Source of the DNA: Promethearchaeota archaeon
GTDB lineage: Archaea; Asgardarchaeota; Lokiarchaeia; Sigyniarchaeales; SOKP01
Direction of reading: 5' to 3'
DNA: 31,235 bases
Assembly (NCBI GenBank): GCA_011364975.1
Contig: RDOE01000042.1
Coordinates: forward strand, 1 to 31,235
The position numbers were made by a program, and so were the translations under genes. Shown here piece by piece: positions 1 to 9,061 of this stretch. The notes under the pieces are model-generated. The model did not search any database, had not been told where the DNA came from, and saw only the letters and a program-made list of their open reading frames with translations. The first letter of the stretch is position 1, and each line of letters begins with the position of its first letter.

Positions 1-1
1 T

Positions 2-229
2 TTTCAATATTATGATGGCACTTGGCATACAATTATTTCAGCATATCCTAATATTTGGTATCACATTAGAATTGATTTTGAATGCGGAACAGGAACTTAT
101 AAGGCGCTTCTAGCAGATACGTTTTCTATTTATATAAATGAAATAAATACAGATTTCTGTTTTAAAATTCTATTTTTTCAGGATAAGCTGTTTCTAATAG
201 TTCAAGAGCTTTCTTGGCCATTTCATTAG
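2..229 (+). CDS. 5'-partial ORF, C-terminal fragment of a beta-rich (LamG/concanavalin-like) extracellular domain; possibly truncated
   Basis: The frame is open from base 2: FQYYDGTWHTIISAYPNIWYHIRIDFECGTGTYKALLADTFSIYINE...FH* (TAG 227-229). The WYHI-x-I motif resembles LamG-type strands. The last ~22 codons overlap the convergent gene ending at 162. Confidence 0.5.
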   Translation, partial: FQYYDGTWHTIISAYPNIWYHIRIDFECGTGTYKALLADTFSIYINEINTDFCFKILFFQDKLFLIVQELSWPFH

Positions 230-1415
230 AAATTTTAAATTTATGTTCAGATGTTTTATAAGCGTCTCGTATTTTTAACAAGAGAAATTCTGGAAAGAAG
301 ATTATGGGTTTTATATCCGTTAAAAGAAATATCCAATTTCTACCCGTTTTATCAGTAATTTCAGTGATAATATTGAAATCTTTTAGGTCATCTAAAATTT
401 CACTTACATTTACAAATTCTGAAAAAATATTTGGGATTTTATCGGAGGGATAAAATTTGTTACGCATCAAAACTAAATTGTCATATAAATCGGGGTTTAA
501 AAGTATCGAAGCTAACTTTTTAGTTTCTTCAGCAGGTTGATTAGTTGGGTCATATGGAGAAAAGAATTCAATTACTTTTTCCATATATTTAGGATATAAT
601 TCTGATTCGTTCTCTTTTAAATAATTAATTAAATTAGAGTTAGGTACCCTAACTAAGATAATATCTTTTGTTAAAAACAAACATTCTCCTTGATCTTTTA
701 TTATTCCTGTTTTTTTGTCTCGCTCCCCTTTAATCCAATCCCGTTTTATTAAATTTAATTCTAGGAAAGGTTCCAACAATAAATCCAAGTTTGGATTTTC
801 TTTAATTTGTTCCAATATTTCTCTCATTTCTTTCTTTGATTTTGGAGCTTCTCTTAGATTATTTAAGATAGTTAAGCGTTCTGGGCTGTTAAAAATCAAA
901 GCAGCTTTTTGAATCTTATCTAAATTAAATAATCGCTCAATCTGAAAATTTACGAATTTTAATTCTTTTTCTAAAGCATTATTTATATTTGATATTAATG
1001 AAACTTGATTTACTGTCCTAGCCTTTTCTAATGATTCATATAGATAATCCAAACGGGCTGCCATTTTCTTAATAATTTCCTCAAATATTTCGATATCATC
1101 TGTTAATGAAAATATAAGTATAGTTACAAATTGGGTTTCATTCTCCACTTGCTTGAAATAAGAATAGACTTGATATGGATGTTCCTTTAATCGACCCATA
1201 TAGAAGTTGCTAAAACTTCCTCTAATTTCATGAATACCAGTAGTATGATGATAAAAAATTGAAAAAATATCACTTTTTGATATTAAATCTGAATAATTCG
1301 TGTCAGAAAACTGATCATTATTAAAAAGAAGTATTATTGGTTGAAATTCAGGTTCAACTTCTCCTGAAGGTTTTTGATTTAGTATAAATTGAAAAGTTAA
1401 GATACTTTCGAGCAT
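162..1415 (-). CDS. Asgard-type protein, predicted N-terminal longin-like domain followed by winged-helix-like domains
   Basis: 417-aa ORF. The N-terminal ~125 aa show a beta-beta-alpha-beta-beta-beta-alpha longin-like pattern (YQVYSYF...FVTILIFSLTDDIEIFEEIIKKM). Two HTH/wing-like segments follow: SPERLTILNNLREAPKSKKEM...LLEPFLELNLIKR and NPDLYDNLVLMRNKFYP...ILDDLKDFNIITE...WIFLLTDI. The domain call is by eye. Confidence 0.75.
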   Translation of the reverse strand: MLESILTFQFILNQKPSGEVEPEFQPIILLFNNDQFSDTNYSDLISKSDIFSIFYHHTTGIHEIRGSFSNFYMGRLKEHPYQVYSYFKQVENETQFVTILIFSLTDDIEIFEEIIKKMAARLDYLYESLEKARTVNQVSLISNINNALEKELKFVNFQIERLFNLDKIQKAALIFNSPERLTILNNLREAPKSKKEMREILEQIKENPNLDLLLEPFLELNLIKRDWIKGERDKKTGIIKDQGECLFLTKDIILVRVPNSNLINYLKENESELYPKYMEKVIEFFSPYDPTNQPAEETKKLASILLNPDLYDNLVLMRNKFYPSDKIPNIFSEFVNVSEILDDLKDFNIITEITDKTGRNWIFLLTDIKPIIFFPEFLLLKIRDAYKTSEHKFKISNEMAKKALELLETAYPEKIEF

Positions 1416-1795
1416 TTTAATACAATAACATTTTTTTTTGTTAAATTTATAATCTTACTACTAAAATAAAAATTTACTGAGCTTTTGATGTAATATCGGA
1501 AAAAAAAATTTAATTAATACTTTATTTTAAAACTTATTTATAGCCACGAAAGTAAATGAAAAACTTGAAAAAATCCTTAATTATTACTAGTAAATCGAGA
1601 CATACCTTACAAAAGCCTTTCGGATATGATATCTATTGAGTTTTTCTTACCTTAATCTAATATAGAACGCTAAAATTGTTATTTTACCCATAATTTATAT
1701 AGAGTTTCTTTTACTGTAATAATAACAAAATTATTTTCTTTCAATTTCTATCTATTTTTTAAAATACTGGTCAAAATAGAAATTGCATACTAAAA

Positions 1796-4700
1796 ATGAG
1801 ATTAAATAAACTTAATCATAGAAGATTGTTTATTCTATTAGGACTGATCTGTGTATTTATTATTAATATTAATTATTCCAATAATAATTTTTTTGATGCC
1901 TTAAAAACAAAAGATAATTCTTCTAACACTCTCCTAGATTATAATAATTTGCCTTTAGAAACCCAAACATTAAGTCCTGAAAATGAATATTACGGGATAG
2001 GGCAAGAATGGAATGTAACTCACTGGGCAAATAGAACAGATAATAACTTAGAAGCTACCTTTCAAAGCACTTCTTATGATGTAGTAAATATTCCATTAGG
2101 TTATGGGTGGCAAGGATATAATTTAAGCGCTAGCATAAATGATCTATATGAAAAGCGAAATTGGGCAAATGGGACATTTAATTGCGGTCCTGATGATAAT
2201 ACTTCGCCTAATTCAGATTGGTCTGATAATGATAGCAGCTATTTACAGAATTGGACTTTTGGAAAAAATGATGTAGTTGGCTATACAAACCCTATGAGTG
2301 GAAATTATTATGATAGCGGAAATGCCTATACTAAATATCAAGATTGTTTAGAATTAAGAATTAGAGGAGGGCCAAGCGCAGATCCATACGGATATGATCA
2401 AGGCGATAATTGTTGGTGGTCTACTGATTTTCAAATACCTAGAGGTAAAGCTATTGAAGCAGAGTTAAATATTGCATTATATTCTTATAATAATGATGAA
2501 TGGGGTGATCAATTCAATTTTCAAGTGCTTCTTAATGATAAATTCATTTATGGTATGGGATTTTATAGCTTGGAATTATTAGCGGGAGCCCAAACTTGGT
2601 ATCCTCTAAAAATTCAATTAACCAACTGGTTAAATGATCCAAGTGTTTTTTCCGATCCTGTAAATGATACAGATATCAATCTAAAATTAAGGTTGTATAA
2701 AACAGGGGGAACTGATCATTGGAGTGAATACGAAACATATTATAGTCTATTTTTGGATAATGTATCATTAATTTTAAAATCTCAAGCACTTCCTACTCAA
2801 TTAGGATTAAAACTAAATTCTACAGCAGTACAAAATATTAATTGGGGATCAGGAACAATTGATTTAAATGGAAATTGGAATGGAAGCGAAAATTCTCTTG
2901 TTAATGCTAATTTTAGTTGTACTAATGAATGGGCTTTAGGCGATTATGATGTGTCTTTTAAAACAAACTTAAATCTTTTTACCACTAAATCTTACCCAGA
3001 AACTAATTATGAGACTAATACAATGTCAATAGGCACGTCTTTTGAGGCGATTAATAACAGTAATATTGTTAATTGGGAATGTTATGCATATTTTGGAGTA
3101 CCAACTGGATATCAAGAAACTTTGATGAAACTAGAATTTCCAGAAGATGTTAATATTACATGGATTTCTAATCCTCAACAACCTGATACTAATGTACTTA
3201 GTCAATGTAATAATTTAACTCATGGTTTGTTAATAGTACCCGTTAATTCGATTTTGAGTACTCCAGATGGTTTTTGGAAATTCAAGGGAATTTCTCCTAA
3301 TTATTGTACGGAATTAAAAATTTATAATAATAATACTGGTTCTTGGGTTGAAGATACTAATTTTTTTAGCGGAGGTTATGTTAATATTACTTCGAAAGTG
3401 GTTAATTCAGCATTGATTTCTAGTTATATTCAAAATACTAAAGCTAAAGTTCAAATTAGGTTCCCTAACGGATCGATTTGGTCAAAGCAGAGCCAAATTA
3501 AGAATCTAGATATTAATGGCAATGTTAAGTTTGACGTTTTTCAGATTCCTCTAACCCCTCCAGAATATATGGTAGGGGAATATGAAGTAATTGTAACCTG
3601 GAATAATTCCTATTCAATTAACTCTTTTAACGAAATCGGGATAATCTCCAAAAAGTTAACTGTTATTCACGAATCTGTGTTAATCCCAGATAAGTCTTAT
3701 TATGAAAAAGTATTTGAAGGAACTCTTCTAAATTTAAAAGTTACTTTTAAAGATATCAAGAATAATAAACCAATTGAAGATGCAGTAGTTTATCTTTACA
3801 ATTTTACAGGAGGAATCCAATACTTTAGCGAAATAAATCCAGGGTATTACTTTCTTGAATATAATAGTAGCGGGGGATTTTCTGGAAACAATATAATTAC
3901 AATTTACGGTAATTCTACCTATTATCAAAATTTTAAAGTAAATATAACAGTTGAATTAATCCTTGAAACAAACCTGAAAGTAGAGGAATTTCCAAGTTTA
4001 CAAGTAGTTTGGAAAAATAATTTTACAGTTCATCTTAATTATACTGAAAAAATTACTGGAAATGGTATTATAACCTCACCTCAACATAATTGGATTGGAG
4101 ATTATCACACTATTATGGTTAATCCAGGGGTATATTATATCTCATTCAATAGTTCCTTATATGAGGTGAATAAATTCCATTCGCTTATTATTAATCTAAA
4201 TGAAACAGGTTTTGAACAACAAACTATTATAGTAGAAATTCAAGTCCTAGAAAGAAGTACTTATCTTGATAAAATATATTTAAACGATTTCGAAAGAACA
4301 TCAATTGAAATTGCCTGGAATAAGATATTGAATATAACGACAAACTATAAGGATATTAATGGATTATTAATTAGCGGAGCAATTATTCAATTACGTGATG
4401 GAACAAAGATTTTAGGGACATTTTCAGAGCAAGCAAATAAGTATTATTCTCTTTTAATAAATACAACCTTATTTAATGTTGGAGTAAATTCATTGGCAAT
4501 TTATGCTAAGCAAACTAATTACACTGCCTCATTTACAAACCTCATTATAACTATTGGAGAACGATCAACATATTGTTTAATATTTCTGGATTCCGAACAA
4601 ACATCATCATGTGAAGTACCTTGGAATGATAATTTAAATATTACTGCTATTTATCGGGATCAAGAAACTAATAATTTCATTGGTGGGGCAACGCTACAAT

Positions 4701-7051
4701 TACGCTATGGTTCGGATATATTAGGTACATTATCTATACATACATCTTATGATCAATACTATTTACAGATAAATACTACGATTCTAAGTGTGGGAGTTAA
4801 TGGTTTAACAATTTATGCTAAACAAGATAATTATTCTATTTGTTTAGAAAACCTTATTATAACGGTAATAGAACGAGAAACTACTAGTTCAATTTACCTT
4901 GATAATCAGATTAGAGATTCTTATCAACTTGAATGGAGAAATATTATGAATATTACTACTATTTATAAAGATTTAGAGACAAGTGAATTTATAGATGGTG
5001 CTTTAGTTCAAATCCGTAAGGGTGCGATTACTTTAGGTGTTTTTTCTAAGGATTCTTTACAGAAGCAATATACTTATATTATTAATACTACTCTTTTAGG
5101 TGTCGGGGTTAATACATTAACAATTTATGCTAAGCAAGATAATTATTCAATCACTGTAAATAATATTATTATCACAGTAGCAGAAAGAACCACGCAACTC
5201 CAAGTTCTATTAGATGGAAGAGATCTGAATACAATAATTCGTTATAATATTTCAATGGGGGAAGCATTAAATATTACTGCAATTTATAAAGATGATTTAG
5301 ATCAATTTATCGATGGCGCTACGGTCAACTTAGTAGGTGGGACAATTTCTGAAATTTTTATACGAAATCTTGTGTATGAACAATATAACCTAATAATCTT
5401 AGCTGAAGATTTAGGAGTAGGTGTAACTTTCTTAACAATTTCAGCTAAACAAATTAATTATTCTATAGTTTTTAGTAATTTAATGATAAACGTAAAAGAA
5501 AGAAAATCAGATATCCAATTATTCCTGAATGAAGAGAATAAGACTCTCGAAAAATATATCAAAGCAGAAGTTAATACGTTAATAAACATAACTATAATTT
5601 TTAGAGATTACTTAAACGGCTCCTTTATTAGTGGTGCAACTGTTCAATTTGTTGGAACAATAGAAGGATTCTTAACTCAACATCCCGTTCATGAACAATA
5701 TAATGTCACAATAGATTCAAATAATTTAGGGCAAGGTGTAAATTTCCTAACCATTTTTGCACAAAAAGATGGTTATGAATCAAAATCAATTTTAATTACT
5801 ATTGAAATTATTGAATTAAAATCTATATTACACTTGTTTCTCAATGAAGCTAATAAAACATTAGATAAATCTATTAAAGTCACAATTGGTCAAATAATCA
5901 ATATTACAACAATTTACGAGGATTATTTAGGTAACTTTGTTGAAGGAGCTCTTGTTGCTATTGTTGGAGAGGGAATATCAGAGAATTTTACTAGACACTT
6001 AGTCTACAATCAATATAATCTATCTCTTGATTCCAGAAATCTGAATTTTGGAGTCAATTTTTTAACCATTTACGCCCAGAAGATAAATTATCAACCCCAA
6101 ACCACAATAATAAAAATAGAAATTGTTGATAAAGATACTAATATAAATCTATTTCTAAATCAGCTTAATAAAACATTAGATTCGACGATAGAGCTTCCTT
6201 ATGGGGCTATATTAAATATTACTATTAAATATTTTGAGGTAGAATCTAAAGAACATATATCAAATGCAATGATTCAATTAATTGGTGAAGGCCTTTCTGA
6301 GGTTTTAATTGAGTTTGGAACATTAAATCAATATTCAATAATTATAAATACTAATCAATTAGATATTGGAGTACGATTTTTAACGATATACGCTCAAAAA
6401 GCAAACTATCAATCATGCTCAAAACTTTTAAAAATTCAAGTAAATAGAATAAAAACTAATGTTTCAACATATTCAGGAATTTCTGTATTTAACAAGAAAC
6501 CGGGAGATTCTTTCGAATTAGAAGTTCTATTGATGGATCTTGATTTTAATCAACCAGTTTTAAATGCGTCGGTTACTTATACTTGGACGTTTGGTCAAGG
6601 ATCATTATTGGATCAAGATGATAATGGAATTTACACTGCTACTTTAACTAACTTAGTTGAAGGTATTCATGTAATAACAATCACGGTTTATGCAGGAGAT
6701 GATTATGAATTCGAGAGATATAGAATTACTTTAAATGTTATTCAACCTGCTGGAGAGGCGTTACTATTCCAAATTTTAACCGTTGTAGGAATTGCCGCTG
6801 CTGTTGGAATTGGAGGTTATTTAATTGCTTACCAGAAAGTATTAAAGTATCCAAAACAAATCAGAAAGATACGTAAAATTAAAAAGACATTAAAAAGTAA
6901 AAAGTTACCCAAAATTGAAATCCTACCACGGAAAAGTGAGATTAATGAGATATATTACTTAAATTATATTGCATCCAATAAGAATTTAAAAGATAAGATC
7001 ACAGAAAAGTCAGTAAAAGAAGCAGAAAAATTAAAAAAAAACAACAGTTGA
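1796..7051 (+). CDS. Large membrane-anchored cell-surface glycoprotein with tandem Ig-like repeats
   Basis: 1751 aa. Basic plus hydrophobic N-terminus (RRLFILLGLICVFIINI), many N-x-S/T sequons, about 10 ~100-aa beta-sandwich-like repeats, and a C-terminal TM helix (LLFQILTVVGIAAAVGIGGYLIAY) followed by a Lys/Arg-rich tail (KYPKQIRKIRKIKK). Confidence 0.9.
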   Translation: MRLNKLNHRRLFILLGLICVFIININYSNNNFFDALKTKDNSSNTLLDYNNLPLETQTLSPENEYYGIGQEWNVTHWANRTDNNLEATFQSTSYDVVNIPLGYGWQGYNLSASINDLYEKRNWANGTFNCGPDDNTSPNSDWSDNDSSYLQNWTFGKNDVVGYTNPMSGNYYDSGNAYTKYQDCLELRIRGGPSADPYGYDQGDNCWWSTDFQIPRGKAIEAELNIALYSYNNDEWGDQFNFQVLLNDKFIYGMGFYSLELLAGAQTWYPLKIQLTNWLNDPSVFSDPVNDTDINLKLRLYKTGGTDHWSEYETYYSLFLDNVSLILKSQALPTQLGLKLNSTAVQNINWGSGTIDLNGNWNGSENSLVNANFSCTNEWALGDYDVSFKTNLNLFTTKSYPETNYETNTMSIGTSFEAINNSNIVNWECYAYFGVPTGYQETLMKLEFPEDVNITWISNPQQPDTNVLSQCNNLTHGLLIVPVNSILSTPDGFWKFKGISPNYCTELKIYNNNTGSWVEDTNFFSGGYVNITSKVVNSALISSYIQNTKAKVQIRFPNGSIWSKQSQIKNLDINGNVKFDVFQIPLTPPEYMVGEYEVIVTWNNSYSINSFNEIGIISKKLTVIHESVLIPDKSYYEKVFEGTLLNLKVTFKDIKNNKPIEDAVVYLYNFTGGIQYFSEINPGYYFLEYNSSGGFSGNNIITIYGNSTYYQNFKVNITVELILETNLKVEEFPSLQVVWKNNFTVHLNYTEKITGNGIITSPQHNWIGDYHTIMVNPGVYYISFNSSLYEVNKFHSLIINLNETGFEQQTIIVEIQVLERSTYLDKIYLNDFERTSIEIAWNKILNITTNYKDINGLLISGAIIQLRDGTKILGTFSEQANKYYSLLINTTLFNVGVNSLAIYAKQTNYTASFTNLIITIGERSTYCLIFLDSEQTSSCEVPWNDNLNITAIYRDQETNNFIGGATLQLRYGSDILGTLSIHTSYDQYYLQINTTILSVGVNGLTIYAKQDNYSICLENLIITVIERETTSSIYLDNQIRDSYQLEWRNIMNITTIYKDLETSEFIDGALVQIRKGAITLGVFSKDSLQKQYTYIINTTLLGVGVNTLTIYAKQDNYSITVNNIIITVAERTTQLQVLLDGRDLNTIIRYNISMGEALNITAIYKDDLDQFIDGATVNLVGGTISEIFIRNLVYEQYNLIILAEDLGVGVTFLTISAKQINYSIVFSNLMINVKERKSDIQLFLNEENKTLEKYIKAEVNTLINITIIFRDYLNGSFISGATVQFVGTIEGFLTQHPVHEQYNVTIDSNNLGQGVNFLTIFAQKDGYESKSILITIEIIELKSILHLFLNEANKTLDKSIKVTIGQIINITTIYEDYLGNFVEGALVAIVGEGISENFTRHLVYNQYNLSLDSRNLNFGVNFLTIYAQKINYQPQTTIIKIEIVDKDTNINLFLNQLNKTLDSTIELPYGAILNITIKYFEVESKEHISNAMIQLIGEGLSEVLIEFGTLNQYSIIINTNQLDIGVRFLTIYAQKANYQSCSKLLKIQVNRIKTNVSTYSGISVFNKKPGDSFELEVLLMDLDFNQPVLNASVTYTWTFGQGSLLDQDDNGIYTATLTNLVEGIHVITITVYAGDDYEFERYRITLNVIQPAGEALLFQILTVVGIAAAVGIGGYLIAYQKVLKYPKQIRKIRKIKKTLKSKKLPKIEILPRKSEINEIYYLNYIASNKNLKDKITEKSVKEAEKLKKNNS
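4253..6448 (+). repeat. Seven tandem 103-106-aa Ig-like protein repeats (309-318 nt period) inside the surface protein
   Basis: Units start at 4253, 4562, 4874, 5186, 5501, 5816 and 6131. Consensus LNITxxYxD...FIxGAxVQL...QY...INTxxLxVGVNxLTIYAKQxNY. More diverged units flank the array. Confidence 0.9.
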
Positions 7052-7061
7052 TTAACTACTA

Positions 7062-7081
7062 TTTTTTTTATTTTATTTTTT
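7062..7081 (+). terminator. Probable oligo-T archaeal terminator
   Basis: The T-rich run ttttttttattttatttttt starts about 10 nt after the stop of the surface-protein gene. Confidence 0.45.
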
Positions 7082-7206
7082 AAAAATCTATTAATTTTAA
7101 ACGATTTTAATGAGTTAACTATCCGAATAATGAAAACGATAAGAAAAGTTACAATAATTATGGATTAATAACCATTTCTAAATGTGTAAGATAAAAAAAC
7201 TCAAAT

Positions 7207-7232
7207 TTTACGTAAATTTCTTTTATATAAAA
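7207..7232 (+). promoter_or_regulatory. Candidate TATA box with an upstream palindrome
   Basis: A perfect 10-bp palindrome TTTACGTAAA (7207-7216) lies just upstream of TTTTATATAAAA (7221-7232), ahead of the 7352-9022 gene pair. The AT-rich background weakens the signal. Confidence 0.25.
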
Positions 7233-7351
7233 CATAAATATATGTATAATTATATTTACTTTAGAATTTTACCTAACTAATTCAAAATTCTTGAAAAAAT
7301 GAGAACTAATATAATCAAATATCAAATCCAAAAATAATCCTGTTGGTTCAA

Positions 7352-7948
7352 ATGTACAATTTAAATAAAATACTCCAATCTGATCTTGAATTTATTAATA
7401 TAAGTAATGAAGATTTTACACTTTTTGAATACAAACCGCCTCGATCCTTTAAAAATTTTGCATTAGACTTAAATATTGTTAAACAAAACACTAAGAGCAA
7501 CATCTTTTTTCATCTTTTTAGAGGTAATTTAAAAATCGTTAATATTAGATTAGATGATCTAATATATACTGCTGGATCTACTAATAAAATTCAATATCAA
7601 TTATTAGAAGCGTTAATTGAACAAACTGCAAAAAATTTTAATATTACTTATGATGTAAAGTATATTCTTTCTTATGGAAATTTTGATAATTCAATTTTTA
7701 GAGATTATAAGGATGAAATTGTTAAATTAATTCAGACTTTCGATGAGTTAAAAGCTGTTAAAGTGATTAATGTTCCGTGTTCTGTCTGTGATAAAGTATT
7801 ACCATTAATCGTTAAAAAAAGTTTTATTGAAAATGCTGAATCTTACCCCGCTCCCCTCGTATATATGCATGAAGGCCATTCAATTTTATGTTTTATTGAT
7901 AAAAATTATGATGTTAGAGGAGTAGAATTAGTCAATATTACAGGATAA
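7352..7948 (+). CDS. Hypothetical protein: longin/profilin-like N-domain plus C-terminal CxxC...HxxH putative metal-binding domain
   Basis: The ORF track starts at TTG 7343; the first ATG is 7352. C-terminus: VPCSVCDKVLPL...YPAPLVYMHEGHSILCFIDKNYDVRGVELV. Confidence 0.75.
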   Translation: MYNLNKILQSDLEFINISNEDFTLFEYKPPRSFKNFALDLNIVKQNTKSNIFFHLFRGNLKIVNIRLDDLIYTAGSTNKIQYQLLEALIEQTAKNFNITYDVKYILSYGNFDNSIFRDYKDEIVKLIQTFDELKAVKVINVPCSVCDKVLPLIVKKSFIENAESYPAPLVYMHEGHSILCFIDKNYDVRGVELVNITG

Positions 7949-8010
7949 TTTTTTCTTAAAAACAAATTAGCATGATGTAATTCAAATTAATCAATTTGAA
8001 AGATTAAACT

Positions 8011-8015
8011 AGGTG
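8011..8015 (+). promoter_or_regulatory. Shine-Dalgarno-like site
   Basis: AGGTG lies 5 nt upstream of ATG 8021. Confidence 0.55.
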
Positions 8016-8020
8016 CGATT

Positions 8021-9022
8021 ATGGAAGAAAATAATAAATCTGAAAATCCTACTTTTTATGAAGAGATAATAAAGAAAACAAAAACAGGGATCACTTTCCC
8101 TAAGGATTTAAGGGATGCTTTATTTGGGGACGAGGAAGAAGTTTATTTCAAAATTATTGTTCCAAATGAGAAGGATAAAATTATACTAGAATTTATCAAT
8201 AAATCAGAAGCGAATAACTATACAAAAAAAGAAAAAGAAGTAAAAACTAAAACTAGCAAAGAATTGAAACCTAGGACATCTGCGAAGGCTAGTAAATCAG
8301 TTGAATTTAGCCCCAATTGGGGTGCTTATTTTCTTTATGATTTTAAAAACCAAGATAAAGTTCGACCAATTCTCGAATCAGCATTTTATAAGTTTTCAGA
8401 AACACCAATGAATTTAGAAGACGCAATGGGGCGGGTGAAATACGCATTAGTTTCATTTTTAACTTCAACCAAAACAGAGAATGCAAAATTATATTTTTCA
8501 GTAATTCGGTTTCTTTCTGATGTTATTGAAAAATTTAATCTTCCAAATTTAATAGATTGGATTTTTGAAAAAATAATTCCTAATGTTGAGAGTAAATTCC
8601 TTTATGAACAAGCTTTACTCGAATTATTAGAATTAAGCTTGAAAATTAATCGATATGAAAAAGCAGAGCTCTTTATTTTTTATATTCTAAAAAACATAGA
8701 TGACTATCCTCGATCAGAGTTATATAATATATTTAATTCATTCAAAGAATTAGTAAAAAAAGTGAGAAACATCGAAAGAACAGAAAAAATTGACGTGTTA
8801 TTAAAAGAAAAATTAATAGAATATGGTGAAGGTGTGTCAGATAGCGATTATAAGATACAAATTGTTGAATTTCTCGAAGATTTAAATTATATTGAGTTGG
8901 CTTATAAACTTGCTAAAGATATTCAAAATAGCCTTCCTGCTGACAGTGTGAAAGTTGAAGAAATTCGAAAAATAGTAAAAAGATTGTATACTACCCCAAT
9001 TACAGAAAATAAGATAGAATAA
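8021..9022 (+). CDS. Hypothetical protein with N-terminal AbrB/SpoVT-like DNA-binding motif and C-terminal all-helical repeat-like domain
   Basis: IKKTKTGITFPKDLRDALFGDEEEVYFKII...DKIILEF matches the AbrB pattern (G-x-I-T-I-P-K-x-x-R-x-x-L). A Lys-rich linker and amphipathic helices follow. Confidence 0.7.
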   Translation: MEENNKSENPTFYEEIIKKTKTGITFPKDLRDALFGDEEEVYFKIIVPNEKDKIILEFINKSEANNYTKKEKEVKTKTSKELKPRTSAKASKSVEFSPNWGAYFLYDFKNQDKVRPILESAFYKFSETPMNLEDAMGRVKYALVSFLTSTKTENAKLYFSVIRFLSDVIEKFNLPNLIDWIFEKIIPNVESKFLYEQALLELLELSLKINRYEKAELFIFYILKNIDDYPRSELYNIFNSFKELVKKVRNIERTEKIDVLLKEKLIEYGEGVSDSDYKIQIVEFLEDLNYIELAYKLAKDIQNSLPADSVKVEEIRKIVKRLYTTPITENKIE

Positions 9023-9061
9023 ATCTTTTACTGATTAGCTAATTACTATACTAATAATAAT

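Noticed and set aside
715-912. 65-aa + strand ORF
   Set aside because: Antisense shadow inside the 417-aa gene; no motif.
1556-1639. 27-aa ATG ORF (MKNLKKSLIITSKSRHTLQKPFGYDIY) in the divergent intergenic region
   Set aside because: Short, with no SD and no recognisable motif; expected by chance.
3734-3928. 64-aa - strand ORF
   Set aside because: Antisense to the surface-protein gene.
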